NCBI GenBank assembly: GCA_041697335.1 | Contig: JBGUGD010000020.1 | Coordinates: 1 to 47,373 of the forward strand | Reading direction: 5' to 3' | DNA from: Vampirovibrionaceae bacterium NZW_1234 | GTDB taxonomy: Bacteria > Cyanobacteriota > Vampirovibrionia > Vampirovibrionales > JAGQHJ01 | Length of the DNA stretch: 47,373 bases | In this document: positions 1 through 9,356 of the stretch, piece by piece | Layout of the letters: the number at the start of each line of letters is the position of its first letter | How positions within the stretch are numbered: the stretch's first letter is position 1 | Made by a program: the position numbers and the translations under genes | Notes under the pieces: generated by a model | Told to the model about the DNA's origin: nothing | Databases searched by the model: none | What the model saw: only the letters and a program-made list of their open reading frames with translations

Positions 1-293
1 ATCGGTACTCAGGACAGACCTCATTCACAACAAACTGTGCAAAATTCATTTGGAAAGCTCCTCTCTCAATGCCTTTCCTCTATTTTAACGCCTCAGAAAA
101 TTCACAACCTTTTTCCGCACCCTCTATGCAAAAAACCTCGCCGACTCGACGTCACCAGAAATGAAACGAGATGCGATGATCCGAGCATACCGGCTTTTAC
201 TGGAAGCCGACGCAAACGATCTGTATTCAGACCAAGTGGAAACGCTAGTAACAGCAGGGCCAACACCGGAAACCGAAAAATAAAAGCAAATGT

Positions 294-1103
294 TTAAGTC
301 TCCGCCATCATCGAAGCCAAATACGGTTTCAACGTCTTCGACAAAGGCTTATCGCCGGATTCCCGAATCAATTGAATAATACGAGAGCCGGTAATCGCGC
401 CATCCGCTCCCAAGGCATACATCGTTCGGGCATGCTCGGGCTCAGAAATCCCAAAGCCCACACAAGCCGGTAGCGAAGAAACCGCATGAACCCGTTCAAT
501 TAACGCCTGTAATTGGGTATCAACACGGCTTTCCGTCCCTGTAATACCAAGGCGTGACACCAAGTACAAAAATCCGCTGGCATACTGCTGGATAGAGACC
601 AAACGCTCCGTTGAGGTCAAAGGAGATGCAATAAAAATCAAGTCCACCCCATAGCGATGGGCAATGTCATATACTTCTCCCGCCGCTTCCGGGGGCAAGT
701 CTGCAATGAGAATACCATCAACCCCGACGTCGGCTGCATCCTGAAAAAAACGCTCGACGCCTCGAGCCAACACCAGGTTGTAATAGACCAAAAGACCAAT
801 GGGGATATCACTATCCAACTGACGGACACGACGAATCAGGTCAAAGCCATCAGACACCGTAAACCTCAACGCCAAGGTTTCCTGGGCAGCAGCCTGGATG
901 ATGGGGCCATCGGACATAGGATCACTGAAGGCGAATCCCAACTCCAATGCCGTAACACCAGCCTCAATCATGGTTCGCATAATCTCAAAGGACATCTCTG
1001 GATTGGGCCAACCCAATAAAGTAAACGGAATATAAGCTTTACGCCCCGCTTCCTGAAGATGTTTAAACCTGGACTGATAGCGGGTTTGAGTGGTCGTCGT
1101 CAT
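294..1103 (-). CDS. trpA: Tryptophan synthase alpha subunit
   Basis: ORF with [28 protein letters not shown] and VGFGIS motifs; overlaps the trpB stop. Confidence 0.97.
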   Translation of the reverse strand: MTTTTQTRYQSRFKHLQEAGRKAYIPFTLLGWPNPEMSFEIMRTMIEAGVTALELGFAFSDPMSDGPIIQAAAQETLALRFTVSDGFDLIRRVRQLDSDIPIGLLVYYNLVLARGVERFFQDAADVGVDGILIADLPPEAAGEVYDIAHRYGVDLIFIASPLTSTERLVSIQQYASGFLYLVSRLGITGTESRVDTQLQALIERVHAVSSLPACVGFGISEPEHARTMYALGADGAITGSRIIQLIRESGDKPLSKTLKPYLASMMAET

Positions 1104-2278
1104 GGGGCAACTCCTTCCAGAGCCATCACTTGTTGCAGATCTTTATCACCTCTGCCAGAGAGATTAATGAGAATACGGGTTTCCGGCAAAACTTCGGCTG
1201 CAAGCTTCTTAGCATAGGCCAAAGCATGAGCGCTTTCCAGGGCAGGGATAATCCCTTCTGTCCGAGCCAGAATATGAAAGGCCTCAAGCGCTTCCGCATC
1301 GGTTGCGTAAACATACTGAGCACGGCCAATATCCCGCAAATGGGCATGCTCTGGACCCACCAGCGGATAATCCAGCCCGGCAGCGATACTGTAAGTTTCA
1401 AAGATCTGGCCATCAGGGTCTTGGAGCGCCAAGCTTTTCATGCCATGAAGACAACCCAAGGTACCTTTGGCTAAAACTGCACCATGTTCATCAGTATCAA
1501 CCCCTTTACCCGCAGGCTCAACACCCACAAGGGCCACGTCGGCATCATTGCGAAACGCATGGAAGATTCCAATGGCATTGGAACCGCCCCCGATACAGGC
1601 CACAACATAGTCGGGTAATGTCTCTTCTTGGGCCAGAATCTGCTCTCGCGCTTCATCACCAATAATTTGCTGAAAGAAACGGACAAGAGAAGGATAAGGA
1701 TGCGGCCCGGCAGCGGTACCCAACAGATAATACGTGGTATCCAGGTTACTAACCCAATCCCTGAGGGCATCATTGATGGCATCTTTTAAGGTCCTGGAGC
1801 CGGTTTTGACACCATGCACGGTAGCCCCCATCAGGCGCATTCTAAACACATTGGGCTGTTGTCGCGCCATATCCACTTCGCCCATATAGACTTCGGTCGG
1901 CATACCCAATAATGCACCTGCCATAGCCGTTGCCACCCCATGTTGTCCAGCACCGGTCTCTGCTATCAAACGGGTTTTTCCCATGGCTTTTGCTAAAAGC
2001 GCTTGGCCTAAGGCGTTATTTGTCTTATGTGCCCCACCATGCAACAAGTCCTCACGCTTCAGAAAGATTTGAGCTCCCCAAAGGCGAGACAGATTCTCAG
2101 CATAATACAGCGGTGTTGGCCGTCCAGCATATTGACGCAATAAGTTGTGAAAGGTATTTAAGAACACCGTGTCCTGAGAGAACTTTAAAAAAGCGTCTTC
2201 CAGCTCTTCCAAAGCAGGGATCAAGGGTTCTGCAACATAAACACCCCCGTAGGGGCCAAAAAATCCGAGCGATTTCAT
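1100..2278 (-). CDS. trpB: Tryptophan synthase beta subunit
   Basis: [16 protein letters not shown] (PLP lysine), [24 protein letters not shown]; start placed at ATG 2278 (AGGAGA RBS, ATGA overlap with trpF stop). Confidence 0.97.
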   Translation of the reverse strand: MKSLGFFGPYGGVYVAEPLIPALEELEDAFLKFSQDTVFLNTFHNLLRQYAGRPTPLYYAENLSRLWGAQIFLKREDLLHGGAHKTNNALGQALLAKAMGKTRLIAETGAGQHGVATAMAGALLGMPTEVYMGEVDMARQQPNVFRMRLMGATVHGVKTGSRTLKDAINDALRDWVSNLDTTYYLLGTAAGPHPYPSLVRFFQQIIGDEAREQILAQEETLPDYVVACIGGGSNAIGIFHAFRNDADVALVGVEPAGKGVDTDEHGAVLAKGTLGCLHGMKSLALQDPDGQIFETYSIAAGLDYPLVGPEHAHLRDIGRAQYVYATDAEALEAFHILARTEGIIPALESAHALAYAKKLAAEVLPETRILINLSGRGDKDLQQVMALEGVAP

Positions 2279-2931
2279 CGTATCTCTCCTGCTGATATTG
2301 AATACGCCTGAACCACCTGGCAAAAGTGATGCATTTTCTCAACATCCTTTATGCCAGGGGAAACTTCAACCCCCGACGCCACATCCACCCCATCCGGCTG
2401 ACACGTTTCGATCACATCCGCCACGGTCATAGGGGTCAAGCCCCCAGCAACGAAAAAGCGAAACCGAACAGGCAACCTTTGCAATTGAGCCGCCAAGACC
2501 TCACCCCAATCGCCAGCAGACTGACCTTTCGGCGGGTCAAACAACACGGCCTCAATATTATTGTCAGATGAGGGAAACCACGACTCATACTGCATGATGT
2601 CCAATGTGTTCGTCACCGGAATCACCTTGATGACGGGCTTAGGTAATCGCTGACAATAGGTAAAGTCTTCTTGTCCGTGGCACTGAATGTAATCCAAAGG
2701 CACCTCTGCCAAAACACCAAGTACATGGTCCACAGGGACATTTTGAAAAACACCCACCCGTTTGGCACGATTACCGATATGGATTGAAAGGTCCCTGGCG
2801 CTAGCAATGGATAGATAGCGCGGGGTCTGTGGCACAAAAATCAATCCCAGGTAAGCGGCCCCAGCATGAATGGCAGCATCAGCATCTTCAAGTCGGGTCA
2901 GCCCGCAAATTTTAACCGCTGGCCGGATCAT
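2275..2931 (-). CDS. trpF: Phosphoribosylanthranilate isomerase
   Basis: [29 protein letters not shown] motifs; position in trp operon. Confidence 0.95.
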   Translation of the reverse strand: MIRPAVKICGLTRLEDADAAIHAGAAYLGLIFVPQTPRYLSIASARDLSIHIGNRAKRVGVFQNVPVDHVLGVLAEVPLDYIQCHGQEDFTYCQRLPKPVIKVIPVTNTLDIMQYESWFPSSDNNIEAVLFDPPKGQSAGDWGEVLAAQLQRLPVRFRFFVAGGLTPMTVADVIETCQPDGVDVASGVEVSPGIKDVEKMHHFCQVVQAYSISAGEIR

Positions 2932-3716
2932 TCACTAAGTGCCCCCAACACAGCCGGTAACTGTTCGAGGGGAGTTTTCATCAGATGGGTACCAATTAAT
3001 GCGTTCTGGCACACGGGACGAATTACCTCTAACTCATCAGGGCCTTGAATTCCGCTTGCGGAAATACACACCACAGACTCAGGAATTTGAGGAACCAGAC
3101 GGGTCGTGGTCGTTAAATCAATATCAAAGGTGGTCAGATTCCGATTATTAATCAAAAGGATTTCCGGATCCGTCACCAGCGATCGAGCCAGTTCGGCTTC
3201 ATTTTGAATTTCAATAATCGGGGTCATGCCCAACTGTCGGACCTCATGGGTCAGGGAAACCAACTCGTCATCCGTCAGAATTTTGACAATTAGCAAAACC
3301 CCACTGGCACCTGCCACACGAGCCTGGAATACTTGATAGGGGTCAATCACAAAATCCTTGCACAATACCGGCAGTGTTGTTCTTTGGACCACATGATGGA
3401 GCAGATTAAAACTCCCCTTAAAGTATGGGGTATCTGTCAGAACCGAGATCCCTGAACCATAAGCATTATAGGCGTCCATCAATGCAGGCAAATCGAGTTC
3501 TTGAGTCAAGACACCAGCGGAAGGTGACGCAGGCTTAATTTCCAGAATATACCGCATCGCATTGCCGGGCTCCCGAGTGCGATTTAGATAGGATACAAAC
3601 TGCCCCGGGGCAATCATCACGGCCTGCTGCTGAAGCACGTGGATAGGAACATCACGTTTGAGCAAACGCAAATCGTCACGTTTTTTCGCGACAATCTCAT
3701 CCAGTATAGCTGGCAT
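2928..3716 (-). CDS. trpC: Indole-3-glycerol phosphate synthase
   Basis: ILEIKPASPSAG, ISVLTD, LCKDFVIDPYQ, INNRNL motifs. Confidence 0.95.
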   Translation of the reverse strand: MPAILDEIVAKKRDDLRLLKRDVPIHVLQQQAVMIAPGQFVSYLNRTREPGNAMRYILEIKPASPSAGVLTQELDLPALMDAYNAYGSGISVLTDTPYFKGSFNLLHHVVQRTTLPVLCKDFVIDPYQVFQARVAGASGVLLIVKILTDDELVSLTHEVRQLGMTPIIEIQNEAELARSLVTDPEILLINNRNLTTFDIDLTTTTRLVPQIPESVVCISASGIQGPDELEVIRPVCQNALIGTHLMKTPLEQLPAVLGALSE

Positions 3717-4665
3717 AGGCCCTCCGACATTTGTTTAGCGTGTTTTTAACCTCACCGGTCCGGAACAAGTCAGCAGCAAGGCCAACTCCTTCCTCTAGCG
3801 AAAACACCTTCTGCGTCACCACAAAAGCTGCACCAGCATTCAGACACACCATGCGATGGTAAACCGAGTCGCTATCCCGAGCCTCCACGAGGTCTTCAAA
3901 GATTTTCAAATTTATTGACACGGTTAGATCCTCACCATACGGGTGCAATTCGCCACCATACTGATGTTCCATGACCGATTGAACCACTTGGTCATCGGCT
4001 ACGTGATAGAGCGTGGATACCCCATGACACGTAAGCTCATCCAAGGTATCACCGCCACGGACTACCCAGGCACAACGGTTCTCCTGACGACCCGATAAAT
4101 GAGCCGCCATGAGGGCTTGCATATGGCTGTTTGACACACCTAAAAGCCGATATGCCGGTTTGACCGGATTCAACAAGGGCCCAAGAAAATTGAACAAAGT
4201 CCGCTTGCCCAGGGTTCGCCGCAATTGATTCAAGGCACCTAAAGCCGGATAGCACTGAGGTGCATACAGGAATGCTAAATTTGCTTCGGCAAGGAGATCC
4301 ATACTGGGCTCCACGGGAAATTGCGCCGACAACCCTAGCCCGTCCAGGAAGTCAAAACTGCCACTTTTACTGCTGATAGCCCGATTGCCAAACTTCACCA
4401 CCGGCACTCCCCCTGCAGCAAGCACAAAAGCCACAGTTGTAGAAGTATTATAATGTGACTGACCACTCCCTCCGGTGCCACAGCAATCAATGACGGGACC
4501 TTCTGGCGGTGGAACAGGGACACAATGACGGCTCATACGTTCAACAAACCGATCCAGCAGTGGCCTGTCAACCTGCTCCGGAGCTAACTGAAGCAATGTC
4601 TCCCGGGCTTGGGCTTCAGGGATGGCGAGGGTCAATAACTGATCGATATCCGAATCCGTTAGCAT
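3697..4665 (-). CDS. trpD: Anthranilate phosphoribosyltransferase
   Basis: DCCGTGG, NTST, KFGNRAISSKSGS, RTLFNFLGPLLNP, LDE motifs; operon context. Confidence 0.93.
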   Translation of the reverse strand: MLTDSDIDQLLTLAIPEAQARETLLQLAPEQVDRPLLDRFVERMSRHCVPVPPPEGPVIDCCGTGGSGQSHYNTSTTVAFVLAAGGVPVVKFGNRAISSKSGSFDFLDGLGLSAQFPVEPSMDLLAEANLAFLYAPQCYPALGALNQLRRTLGKRTLFNFLGPLLNPVKPAYRLLGVSNSHMQALMAAHLSGRQENRCAWVVRGGDTLDELTCHGVSTLYHVADDQVVQSVMEHQYGGELHPYGEDLTVSINLKIFEDLVEARDSDSVYHRMVCLNAGAAFVVTQKVFSLEEGVGLAADLFRTGEVKNTLNKCRRAYASYTG

Positions 4666-5249
4666 CGCTCAATGAAATTCCTTAGCAATTGCTGACCTTC
4701 GGGAGTTCCAATCGATTCCGGGTGAAATTGAACCCCGTACATCGGTTTGGAAAGATGTTGAATGGCCATAATCAGGCCTTGAGAAGCATCTCGAGCCAAC
4801 ACCCGGATATCCTGAGGTAAATCTTCAGCCATGGCCACGAGTGAATGATATCGCATGGCTTGAAAAGGGTTCGACAGTCCTTCCAGCAAGGGAGACTCTG
4901 ACTCAATAGCCACCTGGCTGGTCTTGCCATGCATAATTTCAGGAGCTTGACCGATAGTACCGCCAAGATAGTGCACAATACCCTGATGCCCAAGGCATAC
5001 GCCCAGAATAGGGCATGCCAAGTCGTCCTGGCGTTTAATCACGTCTGCGCAGACTCCAAAGTCCTGTGGAATCCCGGGATGTCCTGGCCCAGGTGAAATA
5101 ATCAGGCGAGATGGTGTTAAGGCCTGAAGCTCTTCAAAGGAAATTGCATTGTTCCGAAACACCAAGACAGGCTCTTCGGTAAGGGCTTGAACCATCTGGT
5201 AGAGGTTATAGGTAAAAGAATCAAAGTTATCGAGAATGACGACTGACAT
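4659..5249 (-). CDS. trpG: Anthranilate synthase component II (glutamine amidotransferase)
   Basis: ILDNFDSFTYNL, SPGPGHP, GVCLGHQ, RYHSL, GVQFHPES; start at ATG 5249. Confidence 0.96.
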   Translation of the reverse strand: MSVVILDNFDSFTYNLYQMVQALTEEPVLVFRNNAISFEELQALTPSRLIISPGPGHPGIPQDFGVCADVIKRQDDLACPILGVCLGHQGIVHYLGGTIGQAPEIMHGKTSQVAIESESPLLEGLSNPFQAMRYHSLVAMAEDLPQDIRVLARDASQGLIMAIQHLSKPMYGVQFHPESIGTPEGQQLLRNFIERC

Positions 5250-6675
5250 GATGGCCAATCCTTTCTGCAATTTGAATCGCCTTTAAAATACTTTTCGCCT
5301 TGTTCCGAGTTTCTTCATACTCGGCCAACGGTTCTGAGTCATACACCACACCGGCCCCGGCATGGACATGGGCAAACCCGTCTTTAATCAAGGTCGAGCG
5401 AATGGCAATGGCGCCATCCATATTGCCATAATGGTCAAAATAACCCACAACACCCGAATATACTCCACGGCGCTCAGGCTCTAATTCGGCTAATAGATGC
5501 ATCGCCCGAATCTTTGGGGCCCCGCTGACGGTTCCTCGGGGAAAGCAACTTTGAAACACGTCATATGCAGACTTATCAGAGCGCAATGTACCTGTGAGCT
5601 CCGTTGCCAAATGCATCACATGGGTGTAACGACTTAATGTGGCAATGGGGCCGACTTCAACGGTACCCACATTGCAAACCCGACCCAAGTCGTTACGCCC
5701 TAAATCCACCAACATTCGATGTTCTGCCATCTCTTTGGCGCTCGCCAATAACTCCGCTTCCAGGGCCTGATCCTCGGACATCGTTCGACCTCGGGGGCGT
5801 GTTCCGGCCAAGGCTCGCAGGATCACTTTCCCGTTATGACACTTCACAAAGGTTTCAGGAGACGAGCCCAGGTAAACAAAATCTGGGAATTTGAGGACAT
5901 ATGAGTAAGGAGAAGGGTTAATCGACTGAATGGCCCGGTAGACATCAATGGGCGCCGACGTTAAAGGCAGGCTGAAGCGATGAGCCACAACAATCTGAAA
6001 TACTTGGCCTTCCTGAATATAACTTTTGGCTTGGCGAACCGCTTCGCAAAAACGCTCCTGAGACATCGGACCGGTCACGCGCTCAAAAATCGCTTCATCA
6101 GGGATGTCCTTGTTGTAATACATTGGGCGAAGTGATGCATTATAGGCCAGACGCTGAGAAACATCCTCCCAAAGCTCCTTGGCTTTTTCCTCGTCACGAT
6201 ACGAAAGAAAGGTAATACGACGATACAAGTGATCGTAAAGCAATACCGTGTCATACAAACCATAATACCCATCAGGCACACCCAAAGGGTCAACCTCTTG
6301 TTGAGGAATGGCATCAAAATAGCGGGTTGCACCATAGCCCATATAGCCTACCCACCCTCCCGAGAAGGGAAAATCCGGTCGGGCATCTTCCGGGTTCAAG
6401 ACCTGAACCTGCAGTTCCTGAAGCACATGGAGCGGGTTCTCAAAGGTCACCATTTCCTCTTGGCCCGTCAAATGGTCCATCACGACGGCCATGCCATTGC
6501 GGAAAAGCACAGATTTACGCGGCGACAATCCGATAAAAGAATATCGGGCTAACCGGCTATCGCCATCAGTGCTTTCCAGTAAAAACGCAATAGACTCGTC
6601 GCTGCTGACCTTGTGAAACAATGAAACCGGGGTTTCAACATCCGACAAAAAGGTAATAACTGTGGGAGACGCCAT
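5227..6675 (-). CDS. trpE: Anthranilate synthase component I
   Basis: LLES, NPSPY, GSSPE, LAGTRPRG, EHRMLVDLGRND, GTVSGAPKIRAM motifs. Confidence 0.96.
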   Translation of the reverse strand: MASPTVITFLSDVETPVSLFHKVSSDESIAFLLESTDGDSRLARYSFIGLSPRKSVLFRNGMAVVMDHLTGQEEMVTFENPLHVLQELQVQVLNPEDARPDFPFSGGWVGYMGYGATRYFDAIPQQEVDPLGVPDGYYGLYDTVLLYDHLYRRITFLSYRDEEKAKELWEDVSQRLAYNASLRPMYYNKDIPDEAIFERVTGPMSQERFCEAVRQAKSYIQEGQVFQIVVAHRFSLPLTSAPIDVYRAIQSINPSPYSYVLKFPDFVYLGSSPETFVKCHNGKVILRALAGTRPRGRTMSEDQALEAELLASAKEMAEHRMLVDLGRNDLGRVCNVGTVEVGPIATLSRYTHVMHLATELTGTLRSDKSAYDVFQSCFPRGTVSGAPKIRAMHLLAELEPERRGVYSGVVGYFDHYGNMDGAIAIRSTLIKDGFAHVHAGAGVVYDSEPLAEYEETRNKAKSILKAIQIAERIGHHVSRHSR

Positions 6676-7532
6676 TAGTGCAATACTCCTTCAACGGCTA
6701 ATGACACATTTCGATTGACGGCATTTGCCACCGCCTTCATTTTCGGAACCAATGCCGCCAAGTCGGACAGAGAAATGGCCTGGTCAGCATCTGATACAGA
6801 CTTGTGAGGGTGCGGATGGGCTTCAAGAATAATGCCATCTGCCCCAGCGGCAATAGCGGCTAAAGTAGCAGGCTCAATCAAATCCCGCCTTCCTGTAGCG
6901 TGGCTGGGATCGGCAATTACAGGCAAGTGCGTCCGCTGCTTTAACAAAGCAATGCTCACCACGTCGAAAACATTACGGGTCGCAGGATCAAAGCTCCGAA
7001 TCCCGCGCTCGCATAAGATAACATTAGGGTTACCTTCTGAGAGAATATACTCAGCAGCCATCAAGAACTCGTCAAGGGTTGCCGCAAGGCCTCGCTTCAA
7101 CAACACTGGCTTGGAATGGCGCCCTAAAGCCTTCAGCAGCTCAAAGTTCTGCATGTTTCTGGAGCCGACCTGAAAGCAATCCACATAAGCCTCGGCCAAT
7201 GGAATTTGCTCTGGCGTCATAACTTCAGAAACAATTCCTAAACCAAACTGAAGCCGCATCGCACTCAACAGCTTCAACCCCTCCTCACCCAGGCCTTGAA
7301 AGCTATAAGGTGAACTTCTGGGTTTAAAGGCGCCGCCGCGAAGGCAGGAAATACCCAAATTTTGAATAGCTTCGGACGTTTCCAGAAGCTGCTCAAACGA
7401 TTCCACAGAACACGGCCCAGCGATAATGGGGATCTCAGCCCCCCCAAAAGCAGCCGTTCCGATAGTTACTGTGCTTTGATGCTGGGGATACTGCTTTTCG
7501 TAACAATTTTGGTGGCGGTAAGGTGCGGTCAT
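6675..7532 (-). CDS. aroF: DAHP synthase, type I-beta (catalytic barrel only)
   Basis: IAGPCSVE, RGGAFKPRSSPYSFQG, QVGSRNMQN, LCERGIR, DPSHATG; start ATG 7532 with GGAAGGA RBS. Confidence 0.93.
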   Translation of the reverse strand: MTAPYRHQNCYEKQYPQHQSTVTIGTAAFGGAEIPIIAGPCSVESFEQLLETSEAIQNLGISCLRGGAFKPRSSPYSFQGLGEEGLKLLSAMRLQFGLGIVSEVMTPEQIPLAEAYVDCFQVGSRNMQNFELLKALGRHSKPVLLKRGLAATLDEFLMAAEYILSEGNPNVILCERGIRSFDPATRNVFDVVSIALLKQRTHLPVIADPSHATGRRDLIEPATLAAIAAGADGIILEAHPHPHKSVSDADQAISLSDLAALVPKMKAVANAVNRNVSLAVEGVLH

Positions 7533-7574
7533 AATATCGTTCCTTCCATTTATTCTAGTGTACCTTAAGGCGGC

Positions 7575-7612
7575 AAACAACAACCGCAGGTCCTATGGTG
7601 GGCCTGCGGTTG
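7575..7612 (-). terminator. trp attenuator terminator (3:4 hairpin)
   Basis: Perfect 10-bp stem CAACCGCAGG/CCTGCGGTTG followed by TTGTTT on the minus strand, ~45 nt before aroF. Confidence 0.8.
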
Positions 7613-7652
7613 GTTAATCTTTTTGCTGTAAGCGATTATGGAAACAGTTGCA

Positions 7653-7730
7653 TCAACACAAAACCGGCAGGCCCTTTGACAAAGGCCACCACCAGGCGCT
7701 CATCATTACTAAAGATGCGTTTCCAAACAT
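7653..7730 (-). CDS. trpL: trp operon leader peptide MFGNASLVMMSAWWWPLSKGLPVLC (25 aa)
   Basis: Hand translation: ATG 7730 to TGA 7653 with three consecutive TGG codons, directly upstream of a terminator hairpin and the trp operon. Confidence 0.88.
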   Translation of the reverse strand: MFGNASLVMMSAWWWPLSKGLPVLC

Positions 7731-8128
7731 GGATATATAAATCTTTCCTAACATCCTGAAAGTAATCTTAGTATGTGTATAAAAACCAGAGCGCTGTCAA
7801 GAGTTGCTAGGGAGGACACCGCAAGAATTCCCCACCTTGGGAGGTATCGGGCTCAACTACAGAAGCAAAGGCGATGAATTGGGAATAAATCAAAAGAAAC
7901 ACCTAATTGCCGAGTAATAGACACCTAAACGGATGTTTCAAAATGTATATTTATGAACAATATTATGACAAATCTTACGTAACGTTAGAGTTGCGCCAGA
8001 TCCACCCGTTAGGCCGACTTGGGGAGTATCCACCCTTAGGATGAGCTTCCAGATGCCTCTAGCATTGACCCTTAGGGGAATGCTAGAATGAAATCATAGG
8101 TCAGCAACGCACAGAGAAAGAAGGACAG

Positions 8129-8980
8129 ATGATTGATCTGCATATGCATACAACCTTCTCGGACGGCTCTATCAGTCCGGAAGAGTTGGTCGCTATGGCA
8201 ATCGAAAATGGTCTTACCGCCATTGCCATCACCGATCATGATAATACTTACTCTTATCTGCCTGCCATGGAAGCGGCAAAAGATACGAACCTAGAGATTA
8301 TCCCCGGAATTGAAATTAACACCTGGTATCAAGACCACGAAGTACACGTTCTGGGATATTATATTGATCCGGATAATGAGTACTTACAGTCCGTGTGTCA
8401 GGAACACAACTGCGCTCGCCACGATCAGCTGAGCCATCTCGTGGATCTGATGCAAAAGCAAGGCAAAATCAAAATCACCTTGGAGGATATTCAGGCCTTT
8501 TCTCGCCCCAATGGCACCATTGGGCGTCCTCATGTGGCAAAAGCAATTGTCGAAAAAGGCGCTGCCGCCAATATTTCAGAAGCCTTCCGCAAATACCTGG
8601 TTCCGACAGCCCCAACCTATCATCGGCGAAAAACAGTCACCCCGCATGAGGCAGTCGAGGCCATTTATGAAAGCGGAGGTATTCCGGTTATTGCCCACCC
8701 TGGCGATATGGAAATCATTGAAGAACTGGCTGAAGACCTTATGAATTATGGCCTTCGCGGCATTGAGGCCTATCATCGCAGCCATTCTTCTGTTGAAATT
8801 GAATTCCATTGCAGCCTCGCTGAGCGATTAGGGCTCATTGTAACGGGCGGCACTGATTTTCACGGTACCACCGACCTTTACGCACAATCTCTCAGCCGGC
8901 TCCATATGCCAGACTGGATCCTGCCGGAACTCAAGAAAGAAAAACGCCGGATCGACATGAAGTCCATCAAGGCATCTTAA
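8129..8980 (+). CDS. PHP-domain phosphoesterase (TrpH/YciV-like)
   Basis: DLHMHTTFSDG, AITDHD, PGIEI, HVLGY, GRPHVA, AHP, GGTDFHG motifs. Confidence 0.9.
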   Translation: MIDLHMHTTFSDGSISPEELVAMAIENGLTAIAITDHDNTYSYLPAMEAAKDTNLEIIPGIEINTWYQDHEVHVLGYYIDPDNEYLQSVCQEHNCARHDQLSHLVDLMQKQGKIKITLEDIQAFSRPNGTIGRPHVAKAIVEKGAAANISEAFRKYLVPTAPTYHRRKTVTPHEAVEAIYESGGIPVIAHPGDMEIIEELAEDLMNYGLRGIEAYHRSHSSVEIEFHCSLAERLGLIVTGGTDFHGTTDLYAQSLSRLHMPDWILPELKKEKRRIDMKSIKAS

Positions 8981-9162
8981 GCCCTCGGACTTCTATTCTA
9001 GGCCCTGACCATGGCATTTAAATGTCATCACGACACTTTCTTGAGCCTGTTACAGTCATAAGCATTCATGTGCTGCAGAACAAGTTGCTGTCTATACAGC
9101 TCAGCAACCTCCCGGCCTGTAATAGCCTGATCAGAAAAGTTACACACGTTGTAAAAGCTAAA

Positions 9163-9236
9163 TACGCTCGGCGCGATTCGAACGCGCGACCTTCGCCTTC
9201 GGAGGGCGACACTCTATCCAGCTGAGCTACGAGCGC
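9163..9236 (-). tRNA. tRNA-Arg (anticodon CCG), CCA not encoded
   Basis: Minus strand: acceptor GCGCTCG/CGAGCGT, D arm AGCTCAGCTGGATAGAG, anticodon arm TCGCC-CTCCGAA-GGCGA, T loop GTTCGAATC. Confidence 0.96.
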
Positions 9237-9356
9237 ATGCGTGGATTTTCATGGTGCCTTGAAGACAGGCGGAAGTCAACAAGATGCTTTGGCCACGACA
9301 GGGGAAGTGCAGTATAATGGGCATAGTCCTGTCAAAATGAAGTCGTTGAATCGCTT

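Noticed and set aside
1..297. Open frame at the window start (37..297)
   Set aside because: No recognisable motifs and several competing frames; may be the tail of an upstream gene but cannot be supported
7770..7800. TTGACA -35 for the trp leader on the minus strand
   Set aside because: The best -10 (CATACT) is 19 nt away; spacing too poor to call
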